A stretch of 64,000 nucleotides of DNA from Candidatus Altimarinota bacterium (GCA_046314355.1 JBKBWQ010000001.1:1376001-1440000), one strand, 5' to 3'. Positions 20,682 through 30,839 are shown, numbered from the stretch's first letter. Numbers and translations are program-made. Notes: generated from the letters alone by a model not told the origin.

Positions 20682-21836
20682 CTAATTTAAAAGAGATGCC
20701 AAACGTATTTTCCCCACATGAAACACCAATTTCTCTACTAAATAATCTACCTCTTCCATGGTATTCATAAAACTAAAGGAAATCCTGATGCTTCCCTGAG
20801 CTTGGTCTGGAGTTCTTCCGATAGCTGTGAGTGTATGTGATGGTTCCTTTTTTTCTGAGGAACATGCAGCTCCCGTGGATACTGCGATGCCTTCTAGGTC
20901 AAGCCGGATAAGTAGGGTCTCTCCATCCACTCCGTCAAAACTGAGATTGAGAATATGAGGTGTAGTTTGGGTACCTTCTCCATTTAAAATAGCATCGGGA
21001 ATGAACTTGATGATTCTCTCATAAGCATAGTCTCTAAGGGTTTGTACGTATACTTTATGCTCTTCCTGTTTTTCCACAGCTAGTTCTGCTGCCTTTCCCA
21101 TTCCAGCAATATTTGCTACATTTTGTGTGCCTGATCTCATACCAAATTCCTGATGTCCACCGGTAAGCAGCGGCGGAAGCTGCCAGTTGCTGTTGATATA
21201 CATTACTCCGACACCTTTTGGAGCGTGAAATTTATGACCAGAAAGAGAGAGACCGCTTACATGTAAGTCATGTACATTACAGCTTAGATACTGAAATGCC
21301 TGTACTGCATCCGTATGAAAGAATATTCCTTTTTCATTTAACAAAGCTCCAATCTCAGCAACAGGCTGGATCGTTCCAATCTCATTTTGAACATAAATGA
21401 GACTTACAAGAATGGTATCTTTTCTCAATGCTTCCTGTACTTGCTGTTTTGAAATATAACCCTCACTAGTAGGTTGGAGATATGTTACTTCATAGCCCTG
21501 TGATTCAAGATCTCTACACGTTTCTAGCGTTGCAGAGTGTTCAAAGCTGCTCGTAATAATATGCTTTCCATGACTGATGAGCGCATGGGCTACTCCTCTT
21601 AATATAGTATTGGTACTTTCTGTGGCTCCTGAAGTAAAATAAATTTCTTCGTGCGTACATCCAAGTATTCTTGCAAAGGTTTTGCGTGCAGTGTTTAATC
21701 CGAGATGTGCTTCCTGGCCTGGCTGATGGATGGAAGACGGATTTCCGTAATGTTCGGTGAAATAGGGAAGTATGGCTTCTACTACTTCCGGGAGGACTTG
21801 AGTGGTTGCGGCATTGTCGAGATAGATTTTCTGCAT
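20682..21836 (-). CDS. iscS: cysteine desulfurase (IscS/NifS family)
   Basis: YLDNAATT, GNPSS, FTSGATES, HTDAVQA, SGHKFHAPKG (PLP lysine) and STGAAC (catalytic Cys). Confidence 0.93.
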   Translation of the reverse strand: MQKIYLDNAATTQVLPEVVEAILPYFTEHYGNPSSIHQPGQEAHLGLNTARKTFARILGCTHEEIYFTSGATESTNTILRGVAHALISHGKHIITSSFEHSATLETCRDLESQGYEVTYLQPTSEGYISKQQVQEALRKDTILVSLIYVQNEIGTIQPVAEIGALLNEKGIFFHTDAVQAFQYLSCNVHDLHVSGLSLSGHKFHAPKGVGVMYINSNWQLPPLLTGGHQEFGMRSGTQNVANIAGMGKAAELAVEKQEEHKVYVQTLRDYAYERIIKFIPDAILNGEGTQTTPHILNLSFDGVDGETLLIRLDLEGIAVSTGAACSSEKKEPSHTLTAIGRTPDQAQGSIRISFSFMNTMEEVDYLVEKLVFHVGKIRLASLLN

Positions 21837-21965
21837 ATGTAATATAATTCTTAGTAGATATATTGTATGGGAACTTTTCCAGTTTGCCAGAGTATATTGT
21901 CTGAAATATGGGTATATAAAAAAGTCCTAAAGATTATTTAGGACTTAGAGAGCTAAGACTATAGG

Positions 21966-23720
21966 TTATAGATTACAAACGATGTTCTTCATCTCCTGTA
22001 ACTGTGCTAGAGCTTTAGCTACATTTTTGGTTTCTGCTACATCAATATTCATATGTTTTTGCATTAATTCTTTATAAGTTCCATCCCAGCCTGCATTCAG
22101 CAAATTAGTATAGTTACTCATAAACTTTTCTTTATCTTCTTTCCATAGATTGATAAAGAGAAGTGCATTCAATGACGCCAAGGTATACTGATAATTATAG
22201 TATGGTGTTTCAAATGAATGTCTTCGGGATGTCCATCTGTAAGCAGCTTCTTCCGGGACTAAAATTTCAGTTCCGGCGATTTCCTGGCTTTCAGTCATGT
22301 GCCAATCAGATATTTGTTTTCCTGAGGGCATGTCTCCTTTCAGCAGAGACTGTTCAATGTTACACTCAAGAGTCAAAGGCTGTCTTTCTCTAAAAATGAA
22401 AAACAATAATGATTCCAACTCTGAACTAAGATATGTTTTTTTTATATCCAGAGGAATATCTGCCTCAAGAATAAAATAAAATCCAATTGCTTCAAAGAAA
22501 GTTGAATGGCTTTCATTTAAAGCTCTTGAAGGTACCAGAGAATTCATATTCATGAGTTTTCCGGCTGCTCGCTGTCCATAGAGATTATCCACACAATGAC
22601 CAATTTCGTGAAATACATAGGATAGGTAGGAAGTTTTAAATACATTTTTCCAACCTATAATTGCCCATGGACCATTATAACAGTTCTCGGCATGTATCAC
22701 ATTTTGTCTGTGAGGTAAATCCTCAAACTGAACCCTACCTTCTTCGAAGAACTGTTTTACTGAGGTGCCAATGTCATCGGATATAAATTTCCCGAGGGAA
22801 ATAGTATATTCGATAGCTTCTTGAATACTAATAGGATTATTGGTATCAAGAGGAGCATTAATATCGTAGAGTGCAAAGTCATTTAATCCTAGTTTTGCAG
22901 ATTTGAAACTATAATATTCTCTATAAATAGTATTCTGAAGTTGAATAGTATCCATAATATTCCACACTTCTTCGCCTGTTAAGCCGGAACCATGAGCACT
23001 CATTTCAAAGGCAGACTTAAATCCATACTTTTTTGCTAATGTAATTTGCTGCTGTATGCTTCCATTCAAAAGTTCTGAAAAATCATCGAGCTGTTCTTTT
23101 ACAAATGCATAATTATAAAAAGATGCACGTCTGACTGACCTATCCGAATGATTAGAATGCTCAGATGCCCACCGTAAGTCATAAGGCAGCATTTTATGAA
23201 GCTTGGCATATTTTTCAATTTGCCCGCTATAAAATTCTCCACTTGTTGGATCGATATTCACTACAAGTGACCGAATGTTCTTAAGGAATTGCTTTGCATG
23301 AATTTTATAAGGATCGAGTATCAACAAAAATGCATCAAACTCTGCATCTGTGAATTCGATGAGATCTTTAAATGACTCAATAGCACTATCTAAATCACCA
23401 TCGAGAATGGAAACAGAGATAAAGGCTTCTTTAGCTTTCATATTACTTTCATCAAGAGCACGAAGATTACGTGTATAAACTGTCATGATATTCATAAGAA
23501 TTGTCTGATCTGAATATGCATGCAACATTGCGGCGTAGTCTTTTAGATCCCTTGATATCTTATAGAGATCATACTGATCTTTCACTTCCTGTATTTGAGC
23601 TTTAAGCTCTTTAAGTGAAAAATTCCATTTAGGATCTTCCAAAGAAAGAAAGAACATATCTAAATTCATTCCGTATAGAGCATTTTGCTCACTATTCGGG
23701 TACTTTTTTTCAAACATCAT
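21966..23720 (-). CDS. M3B oligoendopeptidase F family metallopeptidase (divergent)
   Basis: FHEIGH zinc motif, downstream ESHSTFFE, YDINAPL and H...PYYNYQY; SD aaggag. Confidence 0.8.
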   Translation of the reverse strand: MMFEKKYPNSEQNALYGMNLDMFFLSLEDPKWNFSLKELKAQIQEVKDQYDLYKISRDLKDYAAMLHAYSDQTILMNIMTVYTRNLRALDESNMKAKEAFISVSILDGDLDSAIESFKDLIEFTDAEFDAFLLILDPYKIHAKQFLKNIRSLVVNIDPTSGEFYSGQIEKYAKLHKMLPYDLRWASEHSNHSDRSVRRASFYNYAFVKEQLDDFSELLNGSIQQQITLAKKYGFKSAFEMSAHGSGLTGEEVWNIMDTIQLQNTIYREYYSFKSAKLGLNDFALYDINAPLDTNNPISIQEAIEYTISLGKFISDDIGTSVKQFFEEGRVQFEDLPHRQNVIHAENCYNGPWAIIGWKNVFKTSYLSYVFHEIGHCVDNLYGQRAAGKLMNMNSLVPSRALNESHSTFFEAIGFYFILEADIPLDIKKTYLSSELESLLFFIFRERQPLTLECNIEQSLLKGDMPSGKQISDWHMTESQEIAGTEILVPEEAAYRWTSRRHSFETPYYNYQYTLASLNALLFINLWKEDKEKFMSNYTNLLNAGWDGTYKELMQKHMNIDVAETKNVAKALAQLQEMKNIVCNL

Positions 23721-23916
23721 TATTCTCCTTTTATTTATATTTTATAAAAGCAGTTATAAGTATTAAATCACCTAGTGTCAAGTTTGCTTTTAAGTATGAG
23801 TAATGCTTTAACTGTACATATAATGATTTATTTATAGAATAGATCATGCTTATAGTATAATACTGTCTGTAAAATAGAAAATTTCAGCTGCCCACTATTC
23901 ATTATTAATTTATAGT

Positions 23917-25182
23917 ATGATCGATATTAAAGACCTTAGATCCCGCCCGGATTATTACAAAACTTCTACTTCTGCTAAAAATGCTGATCCTTCAGTAGTG
24001 GATCTCGTTATGGAGCTTGATGACAAGCGAAAGTCTGCACGGCTCAAGTTTGATGACCTTCGAGCTGAACAGAATAGACTTTCCAAGGAGATCCCCACTG
24101 CAGATGCAGGTAGAAAAGTTGAGCTTATGGAAAAATCCAAGGCTATTTCCGGTGAGATCAAGGAGCTTGATACGATCGCCAACGAGGCAGAGAAAGCCTT
24201 TGCTGAAGCACTTTCTAATATTCCAAATCCTATTCATGAGAGCGTAGTAGTAGGAAAAGACGATTCTGAGAATGTTGTTCTACGTTATGAAGGTAAAAAA
24301 CCTGAGTTTGATTTTGAACCAAAAGAACATTGGGAGATTGCGGAGAATCTTGGACTGCTCGATATGGAGCGAGGAGCGAAGGTGAGTGGAAGCAGATTCT
24401 ACTATATGAAAGGAGATCTTGTGATGCTTGAGAGAGCTATGATGGATTTTGTACTTAAGAAGATTGTATCCAAAGGATTTACGGCTATGGTTCCTCCTTT
24501 CCTTGTGAAAGAGCGTGCCATGTGGGGTACTGGATTTTTCCCTGCAGATAAAAATGAGATCTATACAGTGAATCCTGGTGAGGATGATCTGTATCTTATC
24601 GGTACTTCTGAGGTTCCTCTCGTCAATTATCATGATAGTGAAGTTCTAGACATTGAAGAGAAGCCGCTCCGATATGTAGGAATCAGTCCTTGTTTTAGAA
24701 GAGAGGCAGGAAGTTATGGTAAAGATACAAAAGGTATACTTCGCGTGCATCAGTTTGAAAAAGTAGAGATGGTGATCTTTACGACTCCAGAGAATAGCTG
24801 GAAAGAACATGAGATGATCCGGGAGATAGAGGAAGAAATTCTAAAAGATCTTGAGATTCCGTATCAGGTACTCAATATTTGCAGCGGTGACTTGGGATGG
24901 CCGGCAGCGAAAAAGTATGATCTGGAAGCATGGATGCCTGGACAAGGAAAATATAGAGAGGTAACTTCTACTTCAAATACTACAGATTTTCAAACTAGAC
25001 GACTCAATATTAGATATAAGGACAAAGACGGAAATACGAAAATTGCCTATAGCTTAAATGGTACTGGAAGCTCAATGAGACCGCTCATTGCTATCATAGA
25101 GAACTATCAGGAAAAGGACGGTTCAATCCGTATTCCAAAAGTCCTCCAAGACTATATGCAAAAAGAACGTATTACGGTATAA
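23917..25182 (+). CDS. serS: serine--tRNA ligase
   Basis: MIDIK, GAKVSGSRF, LIGTSEVP, CFRREAG, RVHQFEKVE and KKYDLEAW. Confidence 0.98.
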   Translation: MIDIKDLRSRPDYYKTSTSAKNADPSVVDLVMELDDKRKSARLKFDDLRAEQNRLSKEIPTADAGRKVELMEKSKAISGEIKELDTIANEAEKAFAEALSNIPNPIHESVVVGKDDSENVVLRYEGKKPEFDFEPKEHWEIAENLGLLDMERGAKVSGSRFYYMKGDLVMLERAMMDFVLKKIVSKGFTAMVPPFLVKERAMWGTGFFPADKNEIYTVNPGEDDLYLIGTSEVPLVNYHDSEVLDIEEKPLRYVGISPCFRREAGSYGKDTKGILRVHQFEKVEMVIFTTPENSWKEHEMIREIEEEILKDLEIPYQVLNICSGDLGWPAAKKYDLEAWMPGQGKYREVTSTSNTTDFQTRRLNIRYKDKDGNTKIAYSLNGTGSSMRPLIAIIENYQEKDGSIRIPKVLQDYMQKERITV

Positions 25183-25195
25183 TATAGGTACTTAT

Positions 25196-25226
25196 GCGTC
25201 ATCCTGAGATAAGTTCAGGATGACGC
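25196..25226. repeat. CGTC-tagged REP palindrome
   Basis: gcgtcatcctga-gataagt-tcaggatgacgc, a perfect 12-bp stem between serS and the next gene. Confidence 0.8.
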
Positions 25227-25250
25227 TACACTTTCTCTCTTTCACAACGT

Positions 25251-25991
25251 ATGCTCACTCTTTCCTCGGATTCACTAGAACAGTACGGTCTCAACCGTAT
25301 ATTTGAGATAACTAAAGAAGCAGGCTATGAAGGTATTGATATTGTAGTCTCCAAGAATATGGATACCCGGGATGCAGAATATCTTAAAGAACTCTCGATA
25401 AAATATCAGCTTCCGATCACATCTCTTCAGTCAGGTCCTAACACTTCAAGAAAAGAGGCTATTGAACTTATTAAAGTTGCAAAGGATGCACAGGTGCCGG
25501 TAGTTATTTTCTATCCGCCGCCGCTCATGGATTTTTCCTATGTGCAGTGGGTCAAGAATGATCTTCCTATTCTGCAGAAGAGAAATGAGCTTATCGTTGC
25601 TATGGTAAACGCGCCGGCAACGACACTTTTTGGAGTACTACCAGAAAGAGCTATGAATAATTTTCAGGCTTTAAATAGATTTGGTGCTCTCGCACTGGAT
25701 ATTTCCAATCTTGAGACACAGAGACTCAATCCTCTCCGTGTATATGCACATTTTCAGAAAGATATTATCCAGGTATTCTTCTCCAATTTTCACAAAGGAC
25801 TCACTCATATGCCTCCTGAAGAGGGAACTCTCCCACTTGAATCATTCCTTACAAAACTCAAACAAAGTCAGTATAGAGGAAATATCAGTGTAAAGCTTCG
25901 TCCCTCTGAACTGACAGCAAAAACTACAGCAGATGTAGTGGAAAAACTCGTAAACACAAAGGCTTTTATTGAGAAATATTATAACGCGTAA
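25251..25991 (+). CDS. sugar phosphate isomerase/epimerase (xylose isomerase-like TIM barrel), metal ligands degenerate
   Basis: AGYEGID, LDISN and HMPP.EG.LPL pattern. Confidence 0.7.
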   Translation: MLTLSSDSLEQYGLNRIFEITKEAGYEGIDIVVSKNMDTRDAEYLKELSIKYQLPITSLQSGPNTSRKEAIELIKVAKDAQVPVVIFYPPPLMDFSYVQWVKNDLPILQKRNELIVAMVNAPATTLFGVLPERAMNNFQALNRFGALALDISNLETQRLNPLRVYAHFQKDIIQVFFSNFHKGLTHMPPEEGTLPLESFLTKLKQSQYRGNISVKLRPSELTAKTTADVVEKLVNTKAFIEKYYNA

Positions 25992-26657
25992 ATGATGCCT
26001 TTGCTTGAAGTGAAATCCCTTTCGAAGTCCTACGGCACTGAGAAGATACTCTCAGATGTGTCTTTTTCTATGGAGCAGGGAAAGGTAGTAGCCATTAGTG
26101 GTCCTTCCGGAAGCGGGAAAACAACTCTCCTTCATATGATTGCAGGACTTATTACTCCAGAAAAAGGTGAGATTTTTCTAGATGGTACAGATATATTACT
26201 CCTCTCAGAGAGTGCTCGTCTAAGAATACTCTCTGAAGAGGTTGGGGTGGTCTTTCAGGCTTTTCATCTTCTCCCGTACCTTACTGTGGAGGAAAATATA
26301 AGTTTGCCTCTTCTTTTCAAAAAAGAGTCCGCACATGCAATGAAGAAACGAATCTCATATATTTTGGAAAGAGTAGGTCTTAAGGATCACGAGCATAAAA
26401 AGATCTCTGAGTTATCGGGAGGGCAAAGACAGCGTGTGGCAGTTGCACGGGCTCTTCTGCATAAGCCAAAGCTGATACTGGCAGATGAACCCACAGGAAA
26501 TCTAGATGAAATGACTGCAACACAGGTAACAGATCTCCTGGAGACTCTTGCACGTGAGGAAGGAGCAAGTGTATTACTCGTCACTCATGAGCAGGCATAC
26601 CTGGAAAAAGCAGATGAGATCTGGGATCTTAAAGAGAAAAAGTTAGTGAAGAGATAA
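25992..26657 (+). CDS. ABC transporter ATP-binding protein (LolD/MacB-like)
   Basis: GPSGSGKTT, LSGGQRQR and LADEPTGNLD. Confidence 0.92.
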   Translation: MMPLLEVKSLSKSYGTEKILSDVSFSMEQGKVVAISGPSGSGKTTLLHMIAGLITPEKGEIFLDGTDILLLSESARLRILSEEVGVVFQAFHLLPYLTVEENISLPLLFKKESAHAMKKRISYILERVGLKDHEHKKISELSGGQRQRVAVARALLHKPKLILADEPTGNLDEMTATQVTDLLETLAREEGASVLLVTHEQAYLEKADEIWDLKEKKLVKR

Positions 26658-26662
26658 GTCTC

Positions 26663-26770
26663 CGTCATCCCGGGCTCGACCCGGGATCTCATGCGCATAG
26701 CTAGAGTCGCCAGCGTAATTTTGCGACTCATGTAAAGTGTATGAAATTCTGAAACAAGTTCAGAATGACG
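26663..26770. repeat. inverted pair of CGTC-tagged REPs with an internal hairpin (REPIN-like)
   Basis: cgtcatcccgggctcgacccgggatctc (+) and cgtcattctgaacttgtttcagaatttc (-) flank gagtcgc...gcgactc. Confidence 0.75.
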
Positions 26771-26790
26771 CGGCTTTCATGATATCACGT

Positions 26791-26826
26791 AAAAGAAAAC
26801 CCACCACGTATGACGTGGTGGGTTTT
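26791..26826 (-). terminator. strong intrinsic terminator
   Basis: aaaacccaccacgt/acgtggtgggtttt stem; the longer U-tract is on the minus strand. Confidence 0.8.
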
Positions 26827-27089
26827 AGAAGAACTGATTTTGGTCCTTCTTCCTCCTTTTATTCAGTCAACAGGTCTCAATAGAAATGAACCTGTCACGA
26901 CTGCTTATTCTTTGCGTTGAATTTTTATTTTTACTTTTTGTTTTTTTAAAATTTTTGTTCCTTTTATTTTTGATTTTTTTTGGAATTTTGTTTTGAAGTG
27001 CAAAGAAATAAGTAAGGAGGAGAAAGGAACTAGTATTTAGGTGCTTTCTTCTCCCTGCTTAAAGCGATGAGATGTCAAAGAACAGACTT
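26791..27089 (-). ncRNA. candidate ~300-nt structured non-coding RNA
   Basis: Extended -10 promoter, boxA-like TGTTCTTTGACA, nested long-range stems around an A-rich loop, terminator; no ATG-initiated ORF seen. Confidence 0.5.
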
Positions 27090-27095
27090 CATAGA

Positions 27096-27125
27096 AGTAT
27101 ATCATGAATAGGGAGTTTTGAGCAA
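27096..27125 (-). promoter_or_regulatory. sigma70-type promoter TTGCTC-N18-TATACT with TGn extension
   Basis: Minus strand reads ttgctc aaaactccctattcatga tatact. Confidence 0.6.
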
Positions 27126-27319
27126 TAATCATCTTTGAAAAAGATAAATTTTAAACGATACAGAGAAAAGCTAGTACTTTGTAATAAAATGATCATTCTG
27201 CAAAGAGCAAGTGATTGGCTTTAATTGATTCTTTGCCGGCTATCCTTATAGTAACTCCGCAGCAAAACACGTTCATTGAAGTATCATATTATAATAAAAA
27301 AAGGAGCATATACAAAAAA

Positions 27320-27910
27320 ATGTTCAAGTTTTTAAAAAACCTTTTTCGTACCTTTCATACAGATAAATCTGTGGAAGAAGGACAGAAAAAAGTTATTGAA
27401 CAACATGTACTACCGCCACCAGTTTTTATACACCAGCCCAATATTAATACTATAAATATTAATATTGTGAACGGTGATAATAATAAGGTGGGTAATGATT
27501 CAAACAACACGGAGGTCATTAGATACGTGCCACAGTCAGATCTATTGTTGCGCGAAGTGGTGAACTACGCACTCAATAAGGATATGTATGGTCTCAGAGT
27601 TTGGAGTGTTTTAGATGATCAAGACGTAGTAGGGTACTTTTTTGTCGGCAATGACGAGAGAATGCGCATGTACGTAGATTCTGAAAAAGTCTCACTTAGA
27701 CCAGGAGTGAGAGCTTCAGGTAAAAAGAGACTCATTGATGAGAACTTTTATTGTACACTAAATATAATTACCACACATACGTGGGAAAGTTGTTTAGAAG
27801 CAGATAATATTATTCAAATCAATAATGCTCCAAGCAAGAGAAGTCTTGTATTAAGTGAATTAGCTGAGGAGGTGATAATCAGCAGTAAGCGAAAGCTTGT
27901 AGGTAAATAA
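27320..27910 (+). CDS. hypothetical protein with N-terminal amphipathic helix
   Basis: aaggag upstream, start MFKFLKNLF, terminator at 27934-27959. Confidence 0.65.
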   Translation: MFKFLKNLFRTFHTDKSVEEGQKKVIEQHVLPPPVFIHQPNINTININIVNGDNNKVGNDSNNTEVIRYVPQSDLLLREVVNYALNKDMYGLRVWSVLDDQDVVGYFFVGNDERMRMYVDSEKVSLRPGVRASGKKRLIDENFYCTLNIITTHTWESCLEADNIIQINNAPSKRSLVLSELAEEVIISSKRKLVGK

Positions 27911-28013
27911 ACAAAAAGAGTGTTTTGCGCTAAGCCGAGTCTAATAAACTCGGTTTTTTCCTATATAAAAAATTCATAGCCCGAGCTATGAATTTTTTGA
28001 GAATTACTATTAC

Positions 28014-29222
28014 TTATTCGTTAATCTGAATCTTATCCTGCTGCAGCTCAATACGGTTATAGTCTTCTTCTTTGACCTCCTGTGAAGGCATATCTTCATC
28101 TCCAGGGAAGAAGTATTCAACTATGTTTTTTCTAGCATCATTGGCTATCTTCAGTGCCTCTTGTTCAGTGAGATTCTCTTCCTCAGAAGTAAGTAATGTC
28201 TGTAGTTCAGTATAATCCTTTAGTATAAAGTTCTTATCTCTTCCTCTCTGCAGGAATCTTGATTCAAGATCAGATATCTTTTTATCCTTCTCCTCCATAA
28301 TCTGAGATTTGAATGCAAATGCTTTCTGCATCTGGACTATCTGTTTATCATCTCCCCGGTAATCTTCACTGATGGCTCTAATAATAGATTCAATTTCAGT
28401 TAATTGTCCTGCGTAAATACTGAGAATCTCCCACTTTGCTCTAGATACATCTATAAATTCAAGATATTCACTCACATTATTAAAGAACTTTCTTGCCTCA
28501 GAGAGTGACTTAAAATCCTGTACCACATGAGTTTTTTCTAAAACTTCATTATCAATACGTTCAATTTCTTTTTCAAACTGCATTGTGCCGTAACTCTGCA
28601 CTGCAGGTTCCTGCTCAGACGGTGCTGGTTTATTTTCAAGGACTGCCGTATTTCCCTTTGTTGAGACAAGCGGTTGAGTATTATTATTTTCTGATGCCTT
28701 TTTCTCTTCCATAAATCTGTTGAACTGGAATCTTGGATCTGTCTCTTGATCCTCTGTAGGCTTATCATCACTATTCTGACTTGGGATCACGTGTACAAGT
28801 TCTTCTAGATTGATATCTCCTCTAAACAATGCAGTTAACTCTTTCTGATCCTCTTCTCCAAGAGGAAGTATATCTTCTTTGTAAAGCTTGTATAAAAGCA
28901 TGATCTGCGCTTTTCCCTCTCCATTTTTTTCTCTATTATCATCTAGTTCAGTCTCAAAGAGCTTTCTGTCATCAGCATTAATAACAAAAGTTTTTATTAC
29001 AAACTCAGGACTTAAATTCATAATATTTGAGAGCTTGAGTGCTCCAGGATTTTCTGACTCTTTCTTTTCTACCACTGCAGTAACCTTCTTTTTAAAAAGA
29101 TTTTTAAATGAAGAAAATAGTCCTGTTACAGGCTCTTTTTGCTGCTCAATAGGAGATGCTACTTTCGGCTCCTCAACTCTTTTAAATAACCCGAATGCCA
29201 TTGTTTTAAGATAAGTATGCAT
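28014..29222 (-). CDS. hypothetical acidic coiled-coil protein
   Basis: 402-aa E/K/Q-rich ORF ending at the hairpin 27967-27998; start may be MAFGLF. Confidence 0.7.
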   Translation of the reverse strand: MHTYLKTMAFGLFKRVEEPKVASPIEQQKEPVTGLFSSFKNLFKKKVTAVVEKKESENPGALKLSNIMNLSPEFVIKTFVINADDRKLFETELDDNREKNGEGKAQIMLLYKLYKEDILPLGEEDQKELTALFRGDINLEELVHVIPSQNSDDKPTEDQETDPRFQFNRFMEEKKASENNNTQPLVSTKGNTAVLENKPAPSEQEPAVQSYGTMQFEKEIERIDNEVLEKTHVVQDFKSLSEARKFFNNVSEYLEFIDVSRAKWEILSIYAGQLTEIESIIRAISEDYRGDDKQIVQMQKAFAFKSQIMEEKDKKISDLESRFLQRGRDKNFILKDYTELQTLLTSEEENLTEQEALKIANDARKNIVEYFFPGDEDMPSQEVKEEDYNRIELQQDKIQINE

Positions 29223-29434
29223 TAATGACTACATTCTATCTTAAGATAAAGGAGCCTTCAATAGATTATATAGATATCATTGTTAACCAACAGTTCTTCT
29301 ATAACGCATCAGCTCTTTTGAGAGCACTTTGACTCTCCCATGTTTTTTTATAGAATGGTTCAGCACTGGTGTGAATCATGGTAAGGACATCGTTTCAAAC
29401 AACACAACAATTATTTCAGTTTAAAGGAGTACAA

Positions 29435-30037
29435 ATGCTGAAAAAACTGCTGAAGCTTTTTTCTTTCTTCAAAAAGAAAGAAGGAGCATCCTTATCTCTC
29501 TCTATGTCGTTCAATATGGAAGTGACTATGAAGTCGCCTCTAGTTGAGCCACCTACGCCACCTCCTAAAGGCGGTGAAAAAACAAACATTGTCCCGTTCC
29601 ACAAAGAAAGTACTTCTAAAGCCTTGGACATTCACAAAATGTCCTACGCTGAGGAAATATTTTTAATCAATGTTTCGCATTATCAATTAGGTTATCTGAA
29701 CGAAAGTTCTGTAAACGTAAAAGAAAACCTAATCCTGTATTTTGCGGGCGGAGAGATATGTGCCACTTACAGGGGTGATAACAAAAAATGGGAAGTGTTT
29801 TACAATTCTCATTTATGGGATCATACCCTTGAAGTAACTTCTTATGATATTGAGAGGGAAAAGTATAAATACTTGACCTCAAAGCTTGAAATAAGAAGAG
29901 TCCCATATCTGATGGTACGAGACCTCAATCAAATGCTTGATCTTATCAAAACGGATTTCGTTTCGAAAGATGGGCAGAGGGTTGAAGAGGTTAAACAAAT
30001 ATCGTGGGAGAATTGGAAGGAACTTATTCCTGCCTAA
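29435..30037 (+). CDS. hypothetical protein with N-terminal amphipathic helix and Pro-rich linker
   Basis: aaggag SD then MLKKLLKLFSFFKKK; terminator ggcactacagctgtagtgcc plus T-tract at 30051-30078. Confidence 0.65.
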   Translation: MLKKLLKLFSFFKKKEGASLSLSMSFNMEVTMKSPLVEPPTPPPKGGEKTNIVPFHKESTSKALDIHKMSYAEEIFLINVSHYQLGYLNESSVNVKENLILYFAGGEICATYRGDNKKWEVFYNSHLWDHTLEVTSYDIEREKYKYLTSKLEIRRVPYLMVRDLNQMLDLIKTDFVSKDGQRVEEVKQISWENWKELIPA

Positions 30038-30136
30038 TCTCTTTCTGACTGGCACTACAGCTGTAGTGCCTTTTTTTTATTGCCACTCCGTCTCTAGTAT
30101 GTGTATAGTATGTATACACTATTTTTTACCCACTCC

Positions 30137-30715
30137 ATGCACGGCAAACTCATACTCCTTCTCGGTCCCTCAGGTGTAGGAAAAGGCACAGTCCGTGCGC
30201 TTCTTAAAGAACGGCATCCCGAATTTGTATTCCCGCCTTCAGTTACTACTCGTGTACCCCGGCCAGGCGAAGTAGATGGTGATAACTACTTCTTTATTTC
30301 CCATGAAGAATTTCAGGAAAAACTCCAGAAACACGAATTTTTAGAATGGGCATCTCCTCATGGTCTGGAATATTACGGCACGCTCATAGATCCTATCAGA
30401 AAAGCTTTAGAGGCTGGAAAGACTGTGATACGGGAAATAGACCTCAAAGGACTGCGAACAGTACTCGGTACTTCTCTAAGACCAAATGTATACAGTATCT
30501 TTCTCACTCCGCCAAGTCTGGAAGATTTACAGAGAAGAATAGAGGGTAGAAGCGCTCTCAGCTCTCTTGAAATGAAAAAACGCTTACTCCGTGCTGAGCA
30601 GGAAATCGCAGAATCAGACATCTGTGATAAAAAAATACTTGCAGAGGAAGGGGAAATAGATAAGATATACAGGCAAGTAGAAGAAGCAATAGCTGAATCG
30701 CTTGAAAGTATCTGA
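30137..30715 (+). CDS. gmk: guanylate kinase
   Basis: GPSGVGKGT, TTRVPRPGEVDG, FLEWA, YYGT and IFLTPPS. Confidence 0.95.
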   Translation: MHGKLILLLGPSGVGKGTVRALLKERHPEFVFPPSVTTRVPRPGEVDGDNYFFISHEEFQEKLQKHEFLEWASPHGLEYYGTLIDPIRKALEAGKTVIREIDLKGLRTVLGTSLRPNVYSIFLTPPSLEDLQRRIEGRSALSSLEMKKRLLRAEQEIAESDICDKKILAEEGEIDKIYRQVEEAIAESLESI

Positions 30716-30765
30716 TCATTCTTCGCTAAAGCTACGAATGACCTTCGCAACTATCGTTGCTACGG

Positions 30766-30839
30766 TCGGGGATCGTCTAATGGTAGGACAGCAGCCTCTG
30801 AAGCTGTTTATGAAGGTTCGACTCCTTCTCCCCGAGCCA
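30766..30839 (+). tRNA. tRNA-Gln(CUG)
   Basis: Acceptor TCGGGGA/TCCCCGA-G-CCA, D-arm gtct-aatggt-aggac, anticodon arm gcagc-ctCTGaa-gctgt, T-arm gaagg-ttcgact-ccttc. Confidence 0.93.

Noticed and set aside
30716-30742. Hairpin tcattc-ttcgctaaagctac-gaatga before the tRNA
   Set aside because: Resembles a short dispersed repeat, but there is only one copy in this window.
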